This document shows, piece by piece, positions 60,469-64,000 of a stretch of 64,000 bases of DNA (positions are counted from its first letter, which is position 1; the number at the start of each line of letters is the position of its first letter). Location: positions 256,001-320,000 of the forward strand of contig CAXXLL010000003.1 of the NCBI GenBank assembly GCA_963662545.2, given 5' to 3'. The notes below the pieces were generated by a model. The model was not told where the DNA came from and ran no database searches. It worked only from the letters and a program-made list of their open reading frames with translations. The translations under genes and the position numbers were made by a program. Origin of the DNA: Gammaproteobacteria bacterium (lineage in GTDB: Bacteria; Pseudomonadota; Gammaproteobacteria; Ga0077536).

Positions 60469-61668
60469 TCATTCCGTGCGCAACGCCTCGACCGGATCCA
60501 TCCCCGCGGCCCGAGTCGCCGGCAGCAGGCCTGACAACAATCCGATTAGTAAGGAAACCGCCAACGCGATGCCGACGAACGACCAGACGATGGTGAGCGG
60601 CAAAGCGGGGACCAGCAATTCGACCCCCGCGACCACGGTGATGGCGATCGCGATGCCGACCACGCCGCCCGCGCTGCCGAGAAAAGCGGCTTCGGCCAGG
60701 AACAGGCTCAGGATCTGAGCGCGCGGCGCGCCCAGGGCCCGCATCAGCCCGACTTCCACGGTACGTTCGTTGACCGCGATGGTCATGATGGTGGCGATGC
60801 CAAAGGCGCCGACGACGAGCGAGATCGCACCGATCGCTCCCACGCCGACCGTCAGGAGGTTCAGAATATCGCCCAATATCTCGAGCATCTTGTCCTGGGT
60901 GATCAAGGTGAAGTCTTCCTGGCCGTGGCGCGCGATCATCAAGCGTTTGATCGCATCGGCCACTTCATCCGAGCGTTCGCCCTGACCATAGGTTACGTCG
61001 ATCTCCATCAGGCCCTCGTGGTTGAAGAGTTCCGTCGCCTTGCCGATGGGTATGAACGCGGTGTCGTCGAGATCGAAACCGAGCATCTGCCCTTTCGATG
61101 CCATCACGCCGATCACGCGGAACCGATCGTTACCTATGCGTACCCGCGCCCCGAGCGGCGAATTGTTGCCGAACAGTTCGCGGCGCATCTTCGAACCCAA
61201 TACGACGAAACCACGCGCACTCTCGAACGGATCCGGCGGCAGAAACTGCCCGCTGCCGACCTGCATGCGCCAGACTTCGGGCATGTCTGCACCGACGCCG
61301 ATGATGGTCGTGCGCCGGGCGCGATTACGGAATTCCACGCGCGCATTGCCCTGGATGACGGGGACTACGGCCTCGATCGACGGGATCCGGTAGAGTGCCT
61401 CGGCATCGTCGATGTTGAGCGGCCGAACGCTCGAAATGGTCGCACCCGAAATGCCAAAGGTCGTGGTCTTGCCCGGCGTGATCGCGATGATGTTGGTGCC
61501 GAACTGCGTGAACTCGCCGAGCACGAACAGCCGCACGCCTTCGCCCACGGCCGTCAACAGCACCACTGACGCAATCCCGACCGCGATGCCGAGCACGGTG
61601 AGACCGGATCGCAGCCGTTGGCCGGTGACAGCCGACAACGACAGCTTAATGAGATCGGGCAGGCGCAT
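60469..61668 (-). CDS. MacB/FtsX-type ABC permease
   Basis: LTVLGIAVG, ERTVEVGLMRALGA, DPVEALR. Confidence 0.92.
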   Translation of the reverse strand: MRLPDLIKLSLSAVTGQRLRSGLTVLGIAVGIASVVLLTAVGEGVRLFVLGEFTQFGTNIIAITPGKTTTFGISGATISSVRPLNIDDAEALYRIPSIEAVVPVIQGNARVEFRNRARRTTIIGVGADMPEVWRMQVGSGQFLPPDPFESARGFVVLGSKMRRELFGNNSPLGARVRIGNDRFRVIGVMASKGQMLGFDLDDTAFIPIGKATELFNHEGLMEIDVTYGQGERSDEVADAIKRLMIARHGQEDFTLITQDKMLEILGDILNLLTVGVGAIGAISLVVGAFGIATIMTIAVNERTVEVGLMRALGAPRAQILSLFLAEAAFLGSAGGVVGIAIAITVVAGVELLVPALPLTIVWSFVGIALAVSLLIGLLSGLLPATRAAGMDPVEALRTE

Positions 61669-61670
61669 AC

Positions 61671-62879
61671 TCAGCGTTGCGACAGGGCTTCGACCGGGTC
61701 GAGCCGGGCGGCCCGCCGCGCCGGCAGGACGCCGAAGACGAGTCCGGTGGCGACAGCAACCATGACCGCGACGACTATGGCCCAGATCGGCGTCTGCACC
61801 GGGAACGCCGGATAGAGCCTAGCGATCAACGCGGTACCGGCGAGGCCCAGAATCAACCCCGCTGCCGCGCCCACGGTCGCGAGCATCACAGCCTCGACGA
61901 GGAATAACCGGCGGATGGTTGCGGTATCCGCGCCGATGGCTTTCATCAGACCGATCTCGGTGCGCCGCTGCGCGACGGACACCAGCATCACGTTCATGAT
62001 CAAGATACCGGCGACAGCCAGGCTGATCGCCGAAATGCCCGCGACGCCGTAGGTCAACGCATCGAGGATGCGGCCGAGGGTCTCAACCACGCTGTCCTGC
62101 GTAATTACGGTCACATCGTCCTCACCCTCGTGCCGCGCTGCGATGATGCGGTGAATGGCCTTGTTCGCCGCGTCGAGATCGTCCGGCGAACGCGCTTCGG
62201 CCAGGACACGAAAGAGCGATTCCCGATCGAATAGCGCCTGCGCCGAGGCCACCGGAATGATGACAAGATCGTTGAAATCCACGCCCACCGACACACCGGA
62301 ATCGGCGAGCACGCCGATCACGCGAAAGCGCCGGTCGCTGATCCGCACCCATCGACCGTAGGCCGTTGCCGTGCCGAAGAGTTCTGTGCGGACTTCATAG
62401 CCCAGCACGCAGATGGGCGCACCGCGCGACGGATCCATCGGCGGCAAGAACCGCCCCTGGCCGATGGTTAGCCGCCGCACGGATGCCAGCTCAGCGGTGG
62501 AACCCAGCACCGTCACTTCGCGCTCGAGACCATCCGCCGTCGACACGGGCGCGTTGCCAACCATGACCGGCGCGATCTGCCGGATGGATGGATGCGCGGT
62601 CAACGCAAACGCGTCGTCGACCGTGAGATCCCGAGGCGTTTCACCCATCACCGGCGGCGGTCCGCCGACCGTTTCGCTACGGCCGGGCAGGACGATTAAA
62701 AGATTGGTGCCGAGCGATTCGAACTGGCCGATGACAAAACGCCGCGCGCCCTCGCCGAGCGAGGTCAGCATCAAGACCGAGCTCACCCCGATCGCCGTTG
62801 CCATAGCGATGAGCACGGTACGGTTAAGGTTGCTGGTCAAGGCGCCGGTGGCCAATCCGACGATGTCCAATGCCCGCAT
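61671..62879 (-). CDS. MacB/FtsX-type ABC permease
   Basis: IMNVMLVSV.QR..EIGLMKAIGA, LDPVEAL. Confidence 0.92.
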   Translation of the reverse strand: MRALDIVGLATGALTSNLNRTVLIAMATAIGVSSVLMLTSLGEGARRFVIGQFESLGTNLLIVLPGRSETVGGPPPVMGETPRDLTVDDAFALTAHPSIRQIAPVMVGNAPVSTADGLEREVTVLGSTAELASVRRLTIGQGRFLPPMDPSRGAPICVLGYEVRTELFGTATAYGRWVRISDRRFRVIGVLADSGVSVGVDFNDLVIIPVASAQALFDRESLFRVLAEARSPDDLDAANKAIHRIIAARHEGEDDVTVITQDSVVETLGRILDALTYGVAGISAISLAVAGILIMNVMLVSVAQRRTEIGLMKAIGADTATIRRLFLVEAVMLATVGAAAGLILGLAGTALIARLYPAFPVQTPIWAIVVAVMVAVATGLVFGVLPARRAARLDPVEALSQR

Positions 62880-63568
62880 CACGACGACGACACGCCACAT
62901 TGGTCGCTGTCTATGCGACCGTCGATGAGCCTGATCCGTCGGCGGGCGCGCCGCCCGAGATCGGGGTCGTGCGTGACCATGAGCAAGGTCACGCCTTGCT
63001 CGGTGTGAAGCCGTTCCAGGAGTTCCACCATCTGTTGGCCGGAGGCTGTGTCGAGGTTGCCGGTCGGCTCGTCGGCCAGCAACAGCGCCGGGCGCGTCAC
63101 GGTAGCGCGTGCGATCGCTACCCGCTGGCGCTGCCCACCCGAAAGCTCCGCCGGACGGTGTGAGGCGCGATCGCTCAGGTCCATCGCGGCCAGTGCTTCG
63201 CTGACTCGGCGACGCCGCTCGGTGGGCGCTATAGCGGCCAGGATCAGGGGCAGTTCGACGTTCTGTGCTGCGCTCAGCCGCGGGATCAGATGAAAAAACT
63301 GGAATATGAAGCCGAATGAGGCGCGTCGAATCGCGGCCAATTCGTCGTCGCCCAGGCCGATGACATCGCGGCCCTCGAACCGGTATTCACCACCCGTCGG
63401 ACGATCGAGCAACGCGATCAAATTCAGCAACGTCGATTTGCCAGAACCGGACGGCCCCATGATCGAAAGGTACTCGCCCGGCTCAACGTGCAGGTCCACC
63501 TCGTCGACGGCATTCACTCGACTGTCGCCCAGCACGAAGGTTCTGGTGATCCCGCGCAGTTCTATCAC
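62879..63568 (-). CDS. ABC transporter ATPase (MacB/LolD-like)
   Basis: [23 protein letters not shown]. Confidence 0.95.
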   Translation of the reverse strand: MIELRGITRTFVLGDSRVNAVDEVDLHVEPGEYLSIMGPSGSGKSTLLNLIALLDRPTGGEYRFEGRDVIGLGDDELAAIRRASFGFIFQFFHLIPRLSAAQNVELPLILAAIAPTERRRRVSEALAAMDLSDRASHRPAELSGGQRQRVAIARATVTRPALLLADEPTGNLDTASGQQMVELLERLHTEQGVTLLMVTHDPDLGRRARRRIRLIDGRIDSDQCGVSSS

Positions 63569-63571
63569 TAG

Positions 63572-63731
63572 CAGCCGGTCGGACTTAGGGAATCGTAGCG
63601 AGGCGGATGGGAGAACGGTCTGAGAGGTGTCATGGTTTGAGGCGAATAGTGGGTCTATTTAACGAGAAACATGGCACATCTGGACCGCTATCCCAACGCC
63701 GTAGTAGATTCTTCCTAAGTCCGACAGGCTG
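63572..63731. mobile_element. MITE family B (160 bp)
   Basis: TIRs CAGCCGGTCGGACTTAGG / CCTAAGTCCGACAGGCTG; CTAG duplicated on both sides. Confidence 0.85.
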
Positions 63732-63746
63732 CTAGCGTGATCCGAT

Positions 63747-64000
63747 TTAATCCGCGTCGTCTTCCGGCGCCGCCAAGGCACCGGCCGCGACCCCCGCTCG
63801 ACTGGTCGACACGACCACCCGCTCCCCCGCCTCGAGTCCGGAGCGCACCTCGGTGAATTCCCAGTTGGATAGACCGACGGCGATTTCTCGTTCTGCGAGC
63901 ATTCCGGTCACCGGATCAAATACCAGCACCTTTTCGCCGTCGATGACGGCCTCGGTCGGAATGTGCAGCACACCGTCGCGCGCCTCGATCAGGATCTCTA
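63747..64000 (-). CDS. Periplasmic adaptor (MFP) subunit, C-terminal part
   Basis: VLHIPTEAV...VGLSNWEFTEVRSGLEAGERVV. Confidence 0.85.
   Translation of the reverse strand, partial: EILIEARDGVLHIPTEAVIDGEKVLVFDPVTGMLAEREIAVGLSNWEFTEVRSGLEAGERVVVSTSRAGVAAGALAAPEDDAD

Noticed and set aside
1-64000. CRISPR array, tRNA or rRNA genes
   Set aside because: No regularly spaced repeat-spacer series or recognisable structural RNA seen by eye; a covariance search was not run.

Overview
GC-rich proteobacterial chromosome segment in two parts. (1) A ~23.9 kb integrative element (768-24688) has inserted about 12 codons into a CDP-glucose 4,6-dehydratase gene (rfbG). The gene body lies at 1-780 and its 5' stub at 24670-24711, next to rfbF. 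The ends carry a duplicated core GGAC(C)GGCCTGTCC and a shared 12-mer that looks like an integrase arm site. The left part resembles a phage satellite: P4-type integrase, AlpA, Toprim primase, DUF3631 protein with iterons, TerS-like and HGGxSTG genes, and no capsid or tail genes. Its low-GC cargo includes a three-gene operon (thymidylate-synthase-fold enzyme with a dCMP-type Asp, UDG-fold protein, aGPT-Pplase3-like protein), which is my best candidate for an uncharacterised base-modification or anti-phage system. It also carries a HigB / HigA-ImmA module, RusA-like and PD-(D/E)xK-like orphans and many IS3/IS6/IS256/ISNCY elements or remnants. (2) The host backbone (24.7-64 kb) holds a partly decayed nucleotide-sugar cluster, a complete ccmA-I operon, an ATP-grasp/alpha-E/proteasome-like protease set, coxG-S-M without a large subunit, a halogenase, P450 and BVMO, paaABCDE-paaX, small genes and an ABC exporter. 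It is dotted with two MITE families and GTAG-type REPs. All family calls come from motif recognition by eye, with no database searches. Several frameshifts could be sequencing errors.
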